Shown: positions 62,688 to 64,000 of the stretch, in pieces
Position numbering within the stretch: the first letter of the stretch is position 1
How the letters are laid out: each line of letters opens with the position of its first letter
Source: Chryseobacterium gleum
GTDB taxonomy: Bacteria; Bacteroidota; Bacteroidia; Flavobacteriales_D; Crocinitomicaceae
DNA length: 64,000 nucleotides
NCBI GenBank assembly: GCA_945897565.1
Contig: CAMDFN010000003.1
Location: 48,508-112,507 of the forward strand
Reading direction: 5' to 3'
Notes under the pieces: model-generated
What the model was told of the DNA's origin: nothing
Seen by the model: the letters and a program-made list of their open reading frames with translations, nothing else
Databases searched by the model: none
Translations under genes and position numbers: made by a program

Positions 62688-63853
62688 AACAGCTCGCTGC
62701 CTTCATAAAGGAACATCCGTATTTGACGAGTTATATTTTCGTATTTGGCTTATTGCAAATCGGACTCATTTCAACATCTGGTCTGCGCTACGCCCCATCG
62801 TTATGGCTGCTTTTTTTGGTGCCCTTTTTGTTGTGTTATTATTTAGTGAACACCCAACAAATGTCAGTTACGCTACCCAAACTAGCGCTCAAACATGTTG
62901 AATGGTACTTATGCGCTTTTGCCATTTTGGTGATTTTTCTGCATCTTTTGTGGCTGGGTAAAATCCCGTTTATGGAGGCCTGGCAAGCCTCTAAACTCTC
63001 ACAAGCCAATATGATCCGCAAAATGAGTTCTGCCGGTTTACCCAAATGGCTACATTATGCCAGCACGTGGTCCATTAGAGCCATTCTACCCACAACAGCC
63101 TTGTTATTTCTCATTCGAAAAAATAAAAAAGGATTTATTTTTATTTTTGGCATTGGCTGTCTTTACGGACTCGCACTCCTGCAAAAGAGTTTGGTCTTGT
63201 GGATGACCTTACCTATTCTGACCTATCTACTGCTCAATCGCCAATGGTGGAAAGCAAGCTTCATTGGTGGCATAACTGTGCTATTGTTTGTCACTGCCAT
63301 CTTTGCGAACAATCCGCAATTGCACGGCGGAAAGCACGACCTCAAACCCACTTTAGAAAAAAAAAGCAGCGCTAATGTTGTGTCGGAAGGGATACTCAAA
63401 CGGATTTTTATCGTACCAGGTAAAACAATGAGCATGTGGTTTGCGCATGTCCCCAAAGACAAGCCCTATTTATATGGTCGTGATTTTGGACCCTACACCA
63501 AACTCACCGGGCAAAAAACCGCCGACTACAACCTCGAGCTTTATGCACTTTTCTACCCCGACTACGCACAACAGGGCATTCAAGGTAGCGTCAATACAGC
63601 GCATTTTATGCGCGCATATGCCAATTTTGGTTGGTGGGGACTGCCTGTTTCGGCTGTATTTCTTGCCTTTTTCTTTCAACTTTTAAACATTGTCCATAGG
63701 GAAACTGCTGCCACATTGGCCTTTTCCTTGCAGATTTTCCCACTACTTTTACTCAGTTCAGGATCTCTGCTCACTTTGCTATTTAGCGGTGGTTGGGGCC
63801 TGATCTTACTGCTGTTATTGTCTAGCCCAACTAAGGAGAGCTCACATGTCTAA
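62684..63853 (+). CDS. Polytopic membrane protein, possible Wzy-type polymerase (function unverified)
   Basis: The start is moved to ATG 62684, an ATGA overlap with the flippase stop. It encodes 389 aa with about 9-10 hydrophobic segments and one large hydrophilic loop. Confidence 0.5.
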   Translation: MKQLAAFIKEHPYLTSYIFVFGLLQIGLISTSGLRYAPSLWLLFLVPFLLCYYLVNTQQMSVTLPKLALKHVEWYLCAFAILVIFLHLLWLGKIPFMEAWQASKLSQANMIRKMSSAGLPKWLHYASTWSIRAILPTTALLFLIRKNKKGFIFIFGIGCLYGLALLQKSLVLWMTLPILTYLLLNRQWWKASFIGGITVLLFVTAIFANNPQLHGGKHDLKPTLEKKSSANVVSEGILKRIFIVPGKTMSMWFAHVPKDKPYLYGRDFGPYTKLTGQKTADYNLELYALFYPDYAQQGIQGSVNTAHFMRAYANFGWWGLPVSAVFLAFFFQLLNIVHRETAATLAFSLQIFPLLLLSSGSLLTLLFSGGWGLILLLLLSSPTKESSHV

Positions 63854-64000
63854 ACAACTTCGCATTTGTCACTTAACGAGTGTTCACCTCGACGGCGATA
63901 TCCGTATCTTTCACAAGATGGCCAAAACAATGGCGCAAGAATTTGAGGTGCATATGGTGGTGCCTAATACCAACACGCGGCTTCAAGATGGCGTACACAT
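63846..64000 (+). CDS. Glycosyltransferase (GT4-like), 3' end outside window
   Basis: Read by hand as MSKQLRICHLTSVHLDGDIRIFHKMAKTMAQEFEVHMVVPNT... The N-terminal pattern ICHLTSVH..D.RIF is typical of group 1 glycosyltransferases in polysaccharide loci. Confidence 0.55.
   Translation, partial: MSKQLRICHLTSVHLDGDIRIFHKMAKTMAQEFEVHMVVPNTNTRLQDGVH

Overview
This window looks like a densely coding core-chromosome segment of a Bacteroidota genome, probably Flavobacteriia-like. The basis is gldE/gldD gliding genes, two proteins with T9SS-type C-terminal sorting domains, recurrent TAnnTTTG -7 promoter boxes and no obvious Shine-Dalgarno sites. Content by region: (1-5 kb) a secreted nuclease, a two-gene 5'-nucleotidase and cell-surface proteins. 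(5-19.6 kb) housekeeping genes: gltX, folB, rdgB, pyrF, prfA, an OxyR/peroxiredoxin/thioredoxin module, tig, tRNA-Leu, mlaFE-like ABC genes and dusB. (19.6-23.5 kb) three envelope proteins of unknown function. (23.6-30.2 kb) groES-groEL and a miaB / sigma-54 activator / lptE / secG operon. (30.3-35.4 kb) topA-ssb-gldE-gldD-folK. (37.3-40.3 kb) clpP, clpX, pdhB. (40.5-57.3 kb) a contiguous str-S10-spc-alpha ribosomal protein cluster from rpsL to rplQ. This includes rpmD and rpmJ, which the ORF track misses because they are under 60 aa. (57.6-61.3 kb) carA, eno, a Nudix gene and a 3-hydroxyacyl-CoA dehydrogenase. (61.4-64 kb) the start of a polysaccharide locus. I saw no CRISPR array, transposase, integrase, prophage or recognisable defence or toxin genes, and no convincing novel multi-gene system. 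The most unusual signal is at the 3' end of rplQ. An in-frame TGA is followed by 73 more open codons in the same frame, built from six near-identical 27-nt repeats, and the operon terminator lies after this tail. Secondary leads are an unannotated 47-aa lipoprotein gene with its own promoter box, a tandem pair of weakly similar secreted proteins in a three-gene envelope cluster, a sigma-54 activator with no sensor domain inside the lptE-secG operon, and structured spacers ahead of rpsD and rpsL. All family assignments come from reading motifs by eye, and no database search was run.
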